Source: Acidimicrobiia bacterium (GTDB lineage: Bacteria > Actinomycetota > Acidimicrobiia > IMCC26256 > BP-133). From it: 44,890 nucleotides of DNA. This document shows positions 29,144 to 38,430 of this stretch, one piece after another. Location: contig DASYFF010000096.1 in NCBI GenBank assembly GCA_036498605.1, positions 1 to 44,890 on the forward strand, in the 5' to 3' direction. The position numbers and the translations under genes were made by a program. Every line of letters begins with the position of its first letter. The first letter of the stretch is position 1. The notes under the pieces are model-generated. The model did not search any database. It was not told the DNA's origin and was given only the letters and a program-made list of their open reading frames with translations.

Positions 29144-30478
29144 TTAGGCGAGGCCGGCGCGGGCCGCCCCCACGAGGTACAGCGATCCGGCCACCACGAT
29201 CTGGCCCTCCCCGGGGGTGACCTCCCGGGCCCGGGTCAGGGCGTCGTCCACCGTGTCCATGACCGCCACGCGGTCGGGGTCGACGCCGAGCTCGAGGGCG
29301 GCGTCGGCCAGCTCGTTGGCCGGCATGGCCCGGGGGCTCGGCGGCGGGCAGGCCAGGACCCACTCCGCCTCGGTGGCGCCGAGGGCGGCCAGCATGACCG
29401 TCGGATCCTTCTCCCGCATCAGCCCGACGATCAGAGTGCGGGGGGCGGGCACGAACTCCTCCTCCAGCGCCTGGACCAGGGCCTCCGCCCCGGCGGCGTT
29501 GTGGGCCCCGTCGAGGATCACCAGCGGCTCGTGGCCGACGATCTCGAGGCGACCCGGAGCCCGGAAGGTGGCCAGGGCCTCGACCACCAGATCGGGCGGG
29601 AAGGGCTCACCGAAGAAGGCCTCGGCGGCGGTGAGGGCGATGGCGGCGTTGATCGCCTGATAGGCGCCGTGGATCGGGAGGTAGAGGTCGGAGTACTCGG
29701 CCAGCGGCGTGCGCAGGTCGATGGCCCGCCCGCCGTAGGCGGCGGCGTTGCGCAGCACGCCGAAGTCGACGTCGGGCCGCAGCACCCGGCCGGGGTCACG
29801 TTCGAGGAAGATGCCCTGCAGGCCCGGATCCGTCTCGCCCAGCACCAGCGTGGCGCCGGGCTTCACGATCCCGGCCTTCTCGGTGGCGATCGTCTCCCGG
29901 GTCGAACCGAGGTACTCGACGTGGTCGATGCTGACGTTGGTCACCACCGCCACCTCGGCGTCGGCGGCGTTGGTGGCGTCCCACAGGCCGCCGAGCCCCA
30001 CCTCGGCCACCGCCACCTGCACGCCGAGGTCGCTGAACCAGTGGTACCCGGCGGCGGTCATGACCTCGAACCAGCTGGGCCGGGCGGCGGGGCCCTGGCG
30101 GTCGACGAGGGCCGCCTCGGCCACCGCCACCATCCGCAGCTCCTCGGCCAGGGCGCCGTCGGTGATCGCCTCGCCGCCCCAGGCCATCCGCTCGTTGACC
30201 CGCTCCAGATGGGGGCTGGTGTAGGCGCCGACCGACAGGCCCCGGGCGGTGAGGAAGTGGGCCGTCAACCGGGTGGTCGTCGTCTTCCCGTTGGTGCCGG
30301 TGACGTGGATCAGCGGGTAGTCGGCCTGGGGCCGGCCGAGCAGATCGAGGAGGGGGCGGATGCGATCGAGGCTCGGCGCCCGCAGCCGCCCACCGGCCTC
30401 GAGGTTGGCGTGGGCGTCGAGCCAGGCGAGCAGGTCGCCGATCTCGACGCTTCCCGGTTCGTGGAGGGGCGGCATCAT
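29144..30478 (-). CDS. folC: Bifunctional folylpolyglutamate synthase/dihydrofolate synthase
   Basis: Track ORF 29144..31498; preferred start is ATGATG 30478 ([10 protein letters not shown]...). P-loop [30 protein letters not shown]. Confidence 0.9.
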   Translation of the reverse strand: MMPPLHEPGSVEIGDLLAWLDAHANLEAGGRLRAPSLDRIRPLLDLLGRPQADYPLIHVTGTNGKTTTTRLTAHFLTARGLSVGAYTSPHLERVNERMAWGGEAITDGALAEELRMVAVAEAALVDRQGPAARPSWFEVMTAAGYHWFSDLGVQVAVAEVGLGGLWDATNAADAEVAVVTNVSIDHVEYLGSTRETIATEKAGIVKPGATLVLGETDPGLQGIFLERDPGRVLRPDVDFGVLRNAAAYGGRAIDLRTPLAEYSDLYLPIHGAYQAINAAIALTAAEAFFGEPFPPDLVVEALATFRAPGRLEIVGHEPLVILDGAHNAAGAEALVQALEEEFVPAPRTLIVGLMREKDPTVMLAALGATEAEWVLACPPPSPRAMPANELADAALELGVDPDRVAVMDTVDDALTRAREVTPGEGQIVVAGSLYLVGAARAGLA

Positions 30479-30508
30479 CCCCGGATCGTAGGGGTACTTT
30501 GACCGGCG

Positions 30509-31552
30509 GTGGCCACTGAGTGCGTCATCCGTCCCTGGGAGCGCCGGCTGTTCCTCGACTGCCGGCGGGCGTGGGACCTCGCCGCCCACGAGCGGCGGAG
30601 CCGCGAGCCCGTCCGGCCCGCCCGGGTGGTCGACCTCGACCGGGCGGTGAACGACGCCCTGGCCGTCTACTACTTCCCCGGCATGTGGGACTGGAGCCGG
30701 GCCATCGTGGCGCCGCTGGCCACCGAGGCGTTCGTCAAGGCCATGCGTACCCAGCGCCAGGCCCACGAGGAGGCGACCGGCGCGGCCCTCGATGACGCCG
30801 CCGCGACGAGGTGGGAGGCGGACCTCGCCGCCGGCCGGCGCCTCCTCCCCGCCTACTACGCCTGGGCGGCCGACTTCGACAACTGGAGCACCGTGCAGGT
30901 CGAGGCCCTCTTCGACGTCACCGTCCCCGACCCCGACGCCCCGCCGGGAACCGGCCTGCTGGCGGCGGACGGACGGGGCGTGCAGTACCGGGTCCGCATC
31001 GATCTGGTCGTGGTCGACGACAAGGGGAAGTACTGGCTCATGGACCACCGCCTGCGACGCGGCGCCTGGGCCGAAGTGGACGACCTCGTCCTCGACGACC
31101 AGGCTCTGACCCGGGCGTGGGCCTGGGAGCTCGGCTTCCTGGCCACGGTGTCGGGCACGATCCACAACGAGCTGCGTCTCCCCGAGCCAGGTGAGCCCGA
31201 CACCGGCGAATGGTTCCGCCGGACGAAGATCCCCCGGTCCAGGGCCGAGATCGAGGGCGCCGGACGGCGGGTGGGCGAGCAGAGCCGGCTCATGACCCGG
31301 GCCGACCTCGCGTCCTATCCGACGCCGGCCGCCACCACCTGCCCGCCCTGCGAGTTCCGGGCGCCATGCCTGGCCATGATGGAGGGCGACGACCCGGAGC
31401 CCGTCCTCGAACGCGACTACCGGTCCCGGGTCCAGCGCGACTTCGAGGAGGGCCGCCTCGGCTCCGTGTGGGGGTTCGTCCCCCACCGCCCGGACCACGC
31501 GAGGGTGCGGCTCAACCCGCCAGCTGGTCCCGCTGGGCCCGGAGCGTCGTGA
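30509..31552 (+). CDS. PD-(D/E)XK nuclease family protein with Cas4/AddB-like Fe-S cysteine set
   Basis: 347 aa, GTG start. Nuclease core RIDLVVVDDKGKYWLMDHR. N-terminal Cys (LFLDCRRAW) plus C-terminal CPPCEFRAPC (CxxCx5C), as in Cas4-type 4Fe-4S nucleases. The 3' end overlaps the convergent valS by 41 nt. Confidence 0.65.
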   Translation: MATECVIRPWERRLFLDCRRAWDLAAHERRSREPVRPARVVDLDRAVNDALAVYYFPGMWDWSRAIVAPLATEAFVKAMRTQRQAHEEATGAALDDAAATRWEADLAAGRRLLPAYYAWAADFDNWSTVQVEALFDVTVPDPDAPPGTGLLAADGRGVQYRVRIDLVVVDDKGKYWLMDHRLRRGAWAEVDDLVLDDQALTRAWAWELGFLATVSGTIHNELRLPEPGEPDTGEWFRRTKIPRSRAEIEGAGRRVGEQSRLMTRADLASYPTPAATTCPPCEFRAPCLAMMEGDDPEPVLERDYRSRVQRDFEEGRLGSVWGFVPHRPDHARVRLNPPAGPAGPGAS

Positions 31553-34175
31553 GCGCCTCCTGGGCGCCGCTCTGGCGCGTCCGCATGGCGCCCACGACGT
31601 GGTCCGGCGCCTTGGTGACGAACGATTCGTCGGCCAGCTTGGCCTCCACCTTGGCCAGCTCGGCGGCGTGCTTCTCGATCTGGCGGTCGATGTCGGCCAG
31701 CGCGGCGGCGATGTCGACCACGCCCTCCAGCGGGATGACGATCGTGGCCCCGGCGGCCACCAGGCGCTGCTCCTTGGGCTGCGGGTCCCGCCCGGCGATC
31801 ACCCCGAACTGATCGAGGCCGGCCAGCGCCCGGATGTGGGTGTCCAGGTCGCTGAGGGCGCTCCCCTGCGCGGTGTCGGCCGGCACGACGAGGGCGGCGA
31901 TCTTCTTCGACGGCGGCACCTTGTGCTCGGAACGGAAGCGGCGGATGGCCGACACGATCTCGATGACCGCCGCCATGGCCGCGTCGGCGGTCTCGTCGAC
32001 TGCCGACGCGTCGGCCTCCGGCCAGCGGGCGGTGATCAGCCGGCCGTCACCGCCGAGGCGGTCCCAGAGCTCCTCGGTCACGAACGGCACCACCGGGTGC
32101 AGCAGCCGGAGGATGGTGCTCTGGATGCCGGCCAGGACCCGCTGGGCCCGCTCCCGGCTGGCGCCGCCCTCGCCCAACGGCAGCTTGGCCAACTCGAGGT
32201 ACCAGTCGCAGAACTCGTCCCAGAAGAAGGCCTGCAGCTTCTGGACGCCCTGGGCGAACTCGTAGCGCTCGAAGCCCTCGTCGACCGAGGCGGTGACCTG
32301 GGCCAGGCGGGAGAGGATCCACCGTTCGGGCAGCGTCACCTCGCCGGGCAGCGGCGCGCCGGCCGCCTCCAGCTCGGCCAGGGTGCGGCCGTCGAGGTTG
32401 AGGGCCACGAACCGGGCCGAGTTCCACAGCTTGTTGACGAAGTTGCGGGCGCCCTCCACCCACTCCTCGGCCAGCGGGACGTCGTGGCCGGGGCTGGCCG
32501 CCCGGGTCAGGGCGAAGCGCAGGGCGTCGGCGCCGTAGCGGCCGGCCAGCTCGAGGGGGTCGACCACGTTCCCGTAGGACTTCGACATCTTGCGGCCCTC
32601 GGCGTCGCGCACGAGGCCGTGGATGGCCACCTCCCGGAACGGGACGTCGCCCTGGAAGTGGAGCCCCATCTGCATCATCCGGGCCACCCAGAAGTAGATG
32701 ATGTCGAACCCGGTGTGGAGCATGGCGTTGGGGTAGTAGCGGCCGAGGTCGTCGGTCTGCTCCGGCCAGCCCAGCGTGGTGAAGGGCCACAGCGCGGACG
32801 AGAACCACGTGTCGAGCACGTCCTCGTCCTGGGTGAGGTCGGCCGACATGCAGCCGCTGCACGACGACGGGTCGTCGACCGACACGATGACCCGCCCGCA
32901 GTCCCGGCAGTACCAGGCCGGGATGCGGTGGCCCCACCAGATCTGGCGGCTCACGCACCAGTCCCGCAGGTTCTCCAGCCAGTCGAAGTAGAGCTTCTCC
33001 CAGTTCTCCGGCACGAACTGCGTTCGGTCGTCGGCCACGGCGGCGGCCGCCGGTTCGGCCAGCGGCTTCGACTTCACGAACCACTGCAGGGACAGGCGCG
33101 GCTCGACCACGGTGTGGCAGCGGTAGCAGTGCCCGATGGCGTGGCGGTGCTCGTCGACGTGGTCGAGCAGGCCCTCGCTGCGCAGGGCTTCCTTGACCGC
33201 ATCACGAGCGGCGTAGCGGGCCAGGCCGGCAAAGCGGCCGCCGTTGTCGTTGACCACGGCCGACTCGGTGAAGATGTCGACCGCCGGCAGGCCGGTACGG
33301 GCCGCGATCTCGAAGTCGTTGGGGTCGTGGGCCGGGGTGACCTTCACCGCCCCCGTCCCGAACTCGGGGTCGACGGCGGTGTCGGCCACCACCGGGATCT
33401 CCCGCCCCACCAGGGGGAGGATGAGCGTCCGGCCGATGGCGCCGGCGTAGCGCTCGTCGTCGGGGTGGACGGCCACACCGGTGTCGCCCAGCATCGTCTC
33501 GGCCCGGGTGGTGGCCACGGTCACGGAGCCGTCACCGTCGGCGAAGGGATAGCGGATGTGGACGAGCTCCCCGTCGACGTCCTCGTGCTCCACCTCGATG
33601 TCGGACAGGGCGGTGTGGCAGCGGGGGCACCAGTTGATGATCCGGTTGGCCCGGTAGATGAGGCCCTCTTCGTAGAGCCGCACGAAGACCACCCGCACGG
33701 CCCGGGAGCAGCCGTCGTCCATCGTGAACCGCTCCCGGCTCCAGTCGCACGAGGAGCCCATCTTGCGCATCTGGGCGGTGATGCGACCGCCCTGCTCGCC
33801 CTTCCATTCCCAGACCCGCTCGACGAAGGCCTCCCGGCCGATCTCGTGGCGGTCGAGACCCTCCTTGGCCAGCTCCCGCTCCACGACGTTCTGGGTGGCG
33901 ATGCCGGCGTGGTCGGTCCCGGGGAGCCACAGGGCGGCGTAGCCCTGCATCCGCTTGCGGCGGATCGTGGCGTCGATGAGCGAGTGCTCGAAGGCGTGGC
34001 CCATGTGCAGCGAGCCCGTGACGTTGGGCGGCGGAATCACGATGCAGAACGCTTCGCCGCCGTCGTTGGCCTCGGGCCGGAACGACCCCGCGTCCTCCCA
34101 CACCCCGTACCAGCGACTCTCGACCGGTTCGGGGTCGTAGGCCTTGGGCATCTCGGAGGCGGGCGTGCTCATCAT
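31512..34175 (-). CDS. valS: Valine--tRNA ligase
   Basis: Track ORF 31512..35156; preferred start is ATGATG 34175 (MMSTPASEMPKAYDP...). HIGH-type motif SLHMGHAFEH, KMSKS motif GRKMSKSYGN, C-terminal coiled coil. Confidence 0.95.
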   Translation of the reverse strand: MMSTPASEMPKAYDPEPVESRWYGVWEDAGSFRPEANDGGEAFCIVIPPPNVTGSLHMGHAFEHSLIDATIRRKRMQGYAALWLPGTDHAGIATQNVVERELAKEGLDRHEIGREAFVERVWEWKGEQGGRITAQMRKMGSSCDWSRERFTMDDGCSRAVRVVFVRLYEEGLIYRANRIINWCPRCHTALSDIEVEHEDVDGELVHIRYPFADGDGSVTVATTRAETMLGDTGVAVHPDDERYAGAIGRTLILPLVGREIPVVADTAVDPEFGTGAVKVTPAHDPNDFEIAARTGLPAVDIFTESAVVNDNGGRFAGLARYAARDAVKEALRSEGLLDHVDEHRHAIGHCYRCHTVVEPRLSLQWFVKSKPLAEPAAAAVADDRTQFVPENWEKLYFDWLENLRDWCVSRQIWWGHRIPAWYCRDCGRVIVSVDDPSSCSGCMSADLTQDEDVLDTWFSSALWPFTTLGWPEQTDDLGRYYPNAMLHTGFDIIYFWVARMMQMGLHFQGDVPFREVAIHGLVRDAEGRKMSKSYGNVVDPLELAGRYGADALRFALTRAASPGHDVPLAEEWVEGARNFVNKLWNSARFVALNLDGRTLAELEAAGAPLPGEVTLPERWILSRLAQVTASVDEGFERYEFAQGVQKLQAFFWDEFCDWYLELAKLPLGEGGASRERAQRVLAGIQSTILRLLHPVVPFVTEELWDRLGGDGRLITARWPEADASAVDETADAAMAAVIEIVSAIRRFRSEHKVPPSKKIAALVVPADTAQGSALSDLDTHIRALAGLDQFGVIAGRDPQPKEQRLVAAGATIVIPLEGVVDIAAALADIDRQIEKHAAELAKVEAKLADESFVTKAPDHVVGAMRTRQSGAQEALTTLRAQRDQLAG

Positions 34176-34355
34176 TGGGGAAGGAGTGTACGGGGACTTG
34201 GGAGATTCACCTGCCTCCCGCGGAGACGGGCCGCTGTCGGGGAGAGAAGCCTCCTGCGGGAAAGAGGTGCAAACCGGCTCAGGAGGCCCTTCAGAGGAGG
34301 TTAAGCCACGGTCAACCGGGCAGGATTGGCGCCGAAGGGGCGGAAGCTCTGACGC

Positions 34356-35240
34356 ATGCGGAATCCCCCCTTCTCGCACCGAAAAGCTCGCGCCCTGGTG
34401 CCCCTGGCGGCCCTCGTCGTCCTGACACCCTTCACCATCGACGCCTTCACCGCCCGGGCCGGGGCGGACACGGCGTCCGACTGCACCGCCGCCTTCACCA
34501 CTTCCCCCGCCACTCAGCTGTCCTTCACGACCGACCCGCCGGTGCGCTACGCCACGATCGGCCAGACGGTCAGCCTCTCCGCCGGGTGGGACCCGGCGGC
34601 GTGGGACAGCGTCACTTCGGCCGTCGCCTGCGTCCAGGTCAACGACGCCGTCAACGACGTCCTCGGCGGATCCGAGGCCGCTCCGGCCGACAGCGGCGCC
34701 TTCACCCACTCCTTCACGATCCCCGCCGACGTGCCGGCGGGGAGCGTGCTCTGCGCCCGCATCCGCCTGGCCGGCGACCCGGCCGGCCCGGAGACCGAGG
34801 CCGTGTGGGTGTCGAACACCCACTGCTTCGAGGTCGACACCGAGACGACCGACACGACGGCGCCCGAGGCCACGCCACCGGTGCAGCCCCAGATCCCGCC
34901 CGCTGGTGAGTCGTCCACCACCACGACCGCTCCCGCCACCTCGGGGTCTGACGTGTCCGCTCCTCCGTCCTCCACTCCGGCGGCGGAAACCGGAACACCC
35001 GACACGGGCATCTTCTCCCCCGAGGGCGGCGGGTCGCCCCCCGGGACGCCCGTCGACGAGGCGGCAACCCCGCCGGAGGCGGCGAAGTCCTCCGCGCCGC
35101 GCCCCGCCGTGCCGATGCTCCCCGCGACCGGGATCGCGGCCAGGACAGCGATCCACGCCGGCGACGCCCTCTTCTTCTTCGGTCTGGCCTTCGTCGTCCT
35201 CTTCGGCCGGCCCCGCCGGCGCCGCCGCTCGGCGAGCTGA
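34356..35240 (+). CDS. Secreted LPXTG cell-wall-anchored surface protein
   Basis: 294 aa. Signal peptide (ARALVPLAALVVLTPFTIDAFTARAGA), Cys-containing globular domain, Thr/Pro/Ser-rich stalk, then LPATG, a hydrophobic helix and RPRRRRR. Confidence 0.75.
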   Translation: MRNPPFSHRKARALVPLAALVVLTPFTIDAFTARAGADTASDCTAAFTTSPATQLSFTTDPPVRYATIGQTVSLSAGWDPAAWDSVTSAVACVQVNDAVNDVLGGSEAAPADSGAFTHSFTIPADVPAGSVLCARIRLAGDPAGPETEAVWVSNTHCFEVDTETTDTTAPEATPPVQPQIPPAGESSTTTTAPATSGSDVSAPPSSTPAAETGTPDTGIFSPEGGGSPPGTPVDEAATPPEAAKSSAPRPAVPMLPATGIAARTAIHAGDALFFFGLAFVVLFGRPRRRRRSAS

Positions 35241-35298
35241 CCTGACACGGCCACCGGCGAGGTGGGGCCCCTCCCCCGGCTCCCCCTCCCCGGCGTCC

Positions 35299-35334
35299 GG
35301 CCCCGAGCGCGTCGCTGGGGACGCGCTCGGGGCC
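35299..35334. terminator. Bidirectional terminator-like hairpin between convergent genes
   Basis: ggccccgagcgcgtc-gctggg-gacgcgctcggggcc: perfect 15-bp GC-rich stem with a 6-nt loop. It lies between the LPXTG gene stop and the Ala/Lys-protein stop. No U-tract. Confidence 0.55.
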
Positions 35335-35368
35335 CAGGATCACCCCGCCCGGGGCACCCGGGCCGTCG

Positions 35369-36445
35369 TCAGATGAGCCGGGTCACCAGCGCCTTGTCGT
35401 AGGGGACCTGCTTCCCGGAGGCCACCGCATCGTCGAGCAGCCGGCGCAGCTCGCGGACGCTGGTCGGCTCGTTGGCCTTCTTCGTCGAGCCGTTGGAGCC
35501 CGTCTGGGCCGCCTCCAGGATCCGCTCGGCGGCCTTGGCCACGGTGGGCTTGGCCGCCTCCACCACCGGGCGGGCCTTGTCGGCCAGGACGGGCTTCGCC
35601 TTCTCCACGACCGGCTTCGCCCGGTCCACGACCGGTGCGACGTACGGCTTCGACCGCTCCACCGCCTCCTTGGCCGCCTCGCGCGACCGCTCGGCCGCCT
35701 TCCGAGCCGCCGCATCGGCCTGGGCCATGGCTTTGGCCGCCTCCTTCTCCACGACCTTCTGCGCTGCCTGGGCCTTGGCCGCAGCCACCTTCGCCGCCGC
35801 CTGGGCCTTCTTCTCCGCCGCCGCCTTCGCCCTGGCCGCCTGCTTCTCGGCGATGGCCTTCGCCTTGGCCGCCTGCTTCTCGGCCGCCTTGGCTGCAGCG
35901 GCAGCGCGCTGCTCCGTTGCCCGCTTGGCCGCCGCCGCCTGCTTCTCGGCCACCTCCTTGGCGGCCGCCGCCCGCCGCTCCACGGCCCTGGCCGCCACCG
36001 CCGCCTGCCGCATCGCAGCCTTCCGGGCCTTCGCCGCCTGCTTCGCCGCCGCTCGGCGGGCCGACCGGACCTCCTTCCGGGCCGCCCTCCGGGTCTTGCG
36101 CACCGCCTGCCGGGCGTCGTCGGACCGCTCCTCGATGGCGTCGCCGACCGCCTCGAGCACCGGCTCGGCCGCGTCCTCGATCTGCTCGACCAGTTCGCCG
36201 GCCGCCTCGGCCACCCCGCGGGCAAGAGCCATGGCGGCCGCCACCGCTCCGCCGCCCTCCGCCGACCGGCCCCGGCGGCGGGCCAGCCCGGCGCCGACCG
36301 CCAGCCCGCCGGCCCCACCGGCGAAGGCGCCCTTGGCGGCGGTGGTGGCCGCCTCGCGCCCCGTTCGGCCCTGCTTGCGGGCCCAGGCGTAGCCCGCGCC
36401 CCCACCGGCCGCCATTCCCACCGCCACTGACTTCCCGAGTGTCAT
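35369..36445 (-). CDS. Ala/Lys-rich hendecad-repeat protein with Gly-zipper N-terminus, hypothetical
   Basis: 358 aa. N-terminal Gly/Ala hydrophobic segments ([30 protein letters not shown]), a long helical low-complexity core with 11-residue periodicity, and a unique C-terminus [30 protein letters not shown]. Lies 49 nt downstream of clpX. Confidence 0.6.
   Translation of the reverse strand: MTLGKSVAVGMAAGGGAGYAWARKQGRTGREAATTAAKGAFAGGAGGLAVGAGLARRRGRSAEGGGAVAAAMALARGVAEAAGELVEQIEDAAEPVLEAVGDAIEERSDDARQAVRKTRRAARKEVRSARRAAAKQAAKARKAAMRQAAVAARAVERRAAAAKEVAEKQAAAAKRATEQRAAAAAKAAEKQAAKAKAIAEKQAARAKAAAEKKAQAAAKVAAAKAQAAQKVVEKEAAKAMAQADAAARKAAERSREAAKEAVERSKPYVAPVVDRAKPVVEKAKPVLADKARPVVEAAKPTVAKAAERILEAAQTGSNGSTKKANEPTSVRELRRLLDDAVASGKQVPYDKALVTRLI
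35546..35983 (-). repeat. 33-bp (11-codon) periodic repeat region within the Ala/Lys protein gene
   Basis: The motif gccgcctgcttctcgg recurs at 35835, 35868 and 35934 (spacing 33 and 66 nt). The protein reads [33 protein letters not shown]/.../[33 protein letters not shown]. Confidence 0.7.
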
Positions 36446-36494
36446 GCCCGGTGCTTACCCCAACTGGAGCGACATACCAACCCGCTCTGGGGTG

Positions 36495-37763
36495 TCAGGC
36501 GCTGCGGCGGCCCCGCTCGGCGGCCGGCTCGACCCGGGGCACCAGGGTCGGGTTGACCTTCTCGAGGACCACCTGGCGGTCGATGACGCACTTGCCGACG
36601 TCGTTGCGGGACGGCAGCTCGTACATCACGTTGAGCAGCACCTCTTCGAGGATGGCCCGCAGACCCCGGGCGCCCGTCCCCCGTAACAGGGCCTGATCCG
36701 CCACGGAACCCAGAGCGTCCTCGGTGAACTCCAGCTCGACGTTGTCGAACTGGAAGAACTTCTGGAACTGCTTGGCCAGGGCGTTCTTCGGCTCCATGAG
36801 GATCCGGACGAGCGCCTCCTGGTCGAGGCTGTGGACGGCGCCGATGACCGGGAGGCGGCCGATGAACTCGGGGATCAGCCCGAACTTCAGGAGGTCCTCC
36901 GGCAGCACCTGGGCCAGGATGGCGCCGAGGTCCTTCTCGTCGGCCCGGCGGATGTCGGCCCCGAAGCCGATGCCCTTCTGGCCGATGCGGCTCTCGATGA
37001 TCCGCTCGATGCCGGCGAACGCCCCGCCGCAGATGAAGAGGATGTTCGTCGTGTCGATCTGGATGAACTCCTGGTGGGGGTGCTTGCGGCCCCCCTGGGG
37101 CGGCACCGAGGCCGTCGTCCCTTCCAGGATCTTGAGCAGTGCCTGCTGCACACCCTCGCCCGACACGTCGCGGGTGATCGACGGGTTCTCGGCCTTGCGG
37201 GCGATCTTGTCGATCTCGTCGATGTAGATGATCCCGGTCTCGGCCTTCTTGACGTCGTAGTCGGCGGCCTGGATCAGCTTGAGGAGGATGTTCTCGACGT
37301 CCTCACCGACGTAGCCCGCTTCGGTCAACGCCGTGGCGTCGGCGATGGCGAACGGAACGTTGAGGAGCCGGGCCATCGTCTGGGCCAGCAGTGTCTTCCC
37401 GCAGCCCGTCGGGCCGATGAGCAGGATGTTCGACTTCTGCAGCTCGACGTCAGGGTCGCCGTAGGCGCCGGCCTCGACCCGCTTGTAATGGTTGTACACC
37501 GCCACGGCCAGAATCTTCTTGGCCTGCTCCTGACCGATGACGTAGTCGTTCAGGAACTCGTAGATCTCCTTGGGCTTGGGAAGCTCGTCCCACTTGACCT
37601 CGGAGGTCTGCGACAGCTCTTCCTCGATGATCTCGTTGCAGAGATCGATGCACTCGTCGCAGATGTAGACGCCGGGCCCGGCGATCAGCTTCTTCACCTG
37701 CTTCTGGCTCTTTCCGCAGAAGGAGCACTTCAGCAGGTCGCCCCCATCGCCGAACTTCGCCAC
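36495..37763 (-). CDS. clpX: ATP-dependent Clp protease ATP-binding subunit ClpX
   Basis: 422 aa. Zinc-binding domain [30 protein letters not shown], Walker A GPTGCGKT, Walker [10 protein letters not shown]. Confidence 0.97.
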   Translation of the reverse strand: MAKFGDGGDLLKCSFCGKSQKQVKKLIAGPGVYICDECIDLCNEIIEEELSQTSEVKWDELPKPKEIYEFLNDYVIGQEQAKKILAVAVYNHYKRVEAGAYGDPDVELQKSNILLIGPTGCGKTLLAQTMARLLNVPFAIADATALTEAGYVGEDVENILLKLIQAADYDVKKAETGIIYIDEIDKIARKAENPSITRDVSGEGVQQALLKILEGTTASVPPQGGRKHPHQEFIQIDTTNILFICGGAFAGIERIIESRIGQKGIGFGADIRRADEKDLGAILAQVLPEDLLKFGLIPEFIGRLPVIGAVHSLDQEALVRILMEPKNALAKQFQKFFQFDNVELEFTEDALGSVADQALLRGTGARGLRAILEEVLLNVMYELPSRNDVGKCVIDRQVVLEKVNPTLVPRVEPAAERGRRSA

Positions 37764-37794
37764 CGGCCCCCCTCCCCGACCCGCGCCCGTCGCC

Positions 37795-38430
37795 TCAGCT
37801 CACCCCGGCGGCCGTGGCCACCGCGGCGAGCTCCCGGTTGGTGAGCACCTCGTCGATAGCGCCGTAGTCCTTCGCTTCCTGGGCGCTCATGATGAAGTCC
37901 CGGTCGGAGTCGTGGTGGATCCGCTCGGTCGTCTGGCCGGTGTGGTGGGCGAGGATCTCCTCGAGCAGCGTCTTCATCCGGATGATCTCTTTGGCCTGGA
38001 TCTCGATGTCGACGGCCTGACCGGCCGCGCCACCGTGGGGCTGGTGGATCAGGATCCGGGCGTGGGGCAGGGCGAAGCGCTTGCCGTGGGTGCCGGCCGC
38101 CAGCAGCACGGCGGCGGCCGAGGCGGCCTGCCCGATGCAGATCGTGCGGACGTCGCACTTGATGTACTGCATCGTGTCGTAGATGGCGAAGAGCCCGGTG
38201 ATCTCGCCGCCCGGCGAGTTGATGTAGATGCTCACATCCTGGTCGGGGTTCTCGCTCTCCAGGTGGAGCAGCTGGGCGCTGACCAGGTTGGCCACCGTGT
38301 CGTCGATCGGCGTGCCCAGGAAGATGATCCGCTCCTTCAGGAGCCGGGAGTAGAGATCGAAGGCCCGTTCGCCACGATTCGTCTGCTCGATCACCGTCGG
38401 GACGAGGTAATTCCGGATGGGCTCGGTCAC
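37795..38430 (-). CDS. clpP: ATP-dependent Clp protease proteolytic subunit
   Basis: 211 aa, GTG start overlapping the tig stop (GTGA). Catalytic contexts [23 protein letters not shown]. Confidence 0.95.
   Translation of the reverse strand: MTEPIRNYLVPTVIEQTNRGERAFDLYSRLLKERIIFLGTPIDDTVANLVSAQLLHLESENPDQDVSIYINSPGGEITGLFAIYDTMQYIKCDVRTICIGQAASAAAVLLAAGTHGKRFALPHARILIHQPHGGAAGQAVDIEIQAKEIIRMKTLLEEILAHHTGQTTERIHHDSDRDFIMSAQEAKDYGAIDEVLTNRELAAVATAAGVS

Noticed and set aside
31599-34304. 901-aa plus-strand ORF antisense to valS.
   Set aside because: Shadow ORF with low-complexity G/R/V/D/H content. The minus strand encodes an unmistakable ValRS with HIGH and KMSKS motifs.
34300-34350. GGCGCCGAAGGGGCGG together with an upstream GGGGAGAG, reminiscent of glycine-riboswitch core motifs.
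   Set aside because: The two motifs are about 90 nt apart instead of about 10-30 nt. The remaining conserved elements are absent, and the downstream gene is a surface protein unrelated to glycine metabolism.
34176-35156. N-terminal 327-aa extension of the valS ORF (the track gives 31512..35156). Similar upstream extensions exist for folC (to 31498), proA (to 16511), nadD (to 9859), YceI (to 7600), mrdA (to 26376) and the CHRD gene (to 44016).
   Set aside because: The extensions are Arg/Gly-rich, overlap well-supported genes on the other strand or the neighbouring gene, and precede internal starts that coincide with the conserved N-termini and, in most cases, an SD.
35383-36696. Alternative frames over the Ala/Lys-protein gene: minus 35383..36405 (Arg/Pro-rich), plus 35472..36392 and 35635..36696.
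   Set aside because: All arise from the same GC-rich repeat DNA. The chosen frame has an ATG start, hydrophobic N-terminal segments, a clean 11-residue periodicity and a non-repetitive C-terminus. This remains the least certain frame choice in the window.
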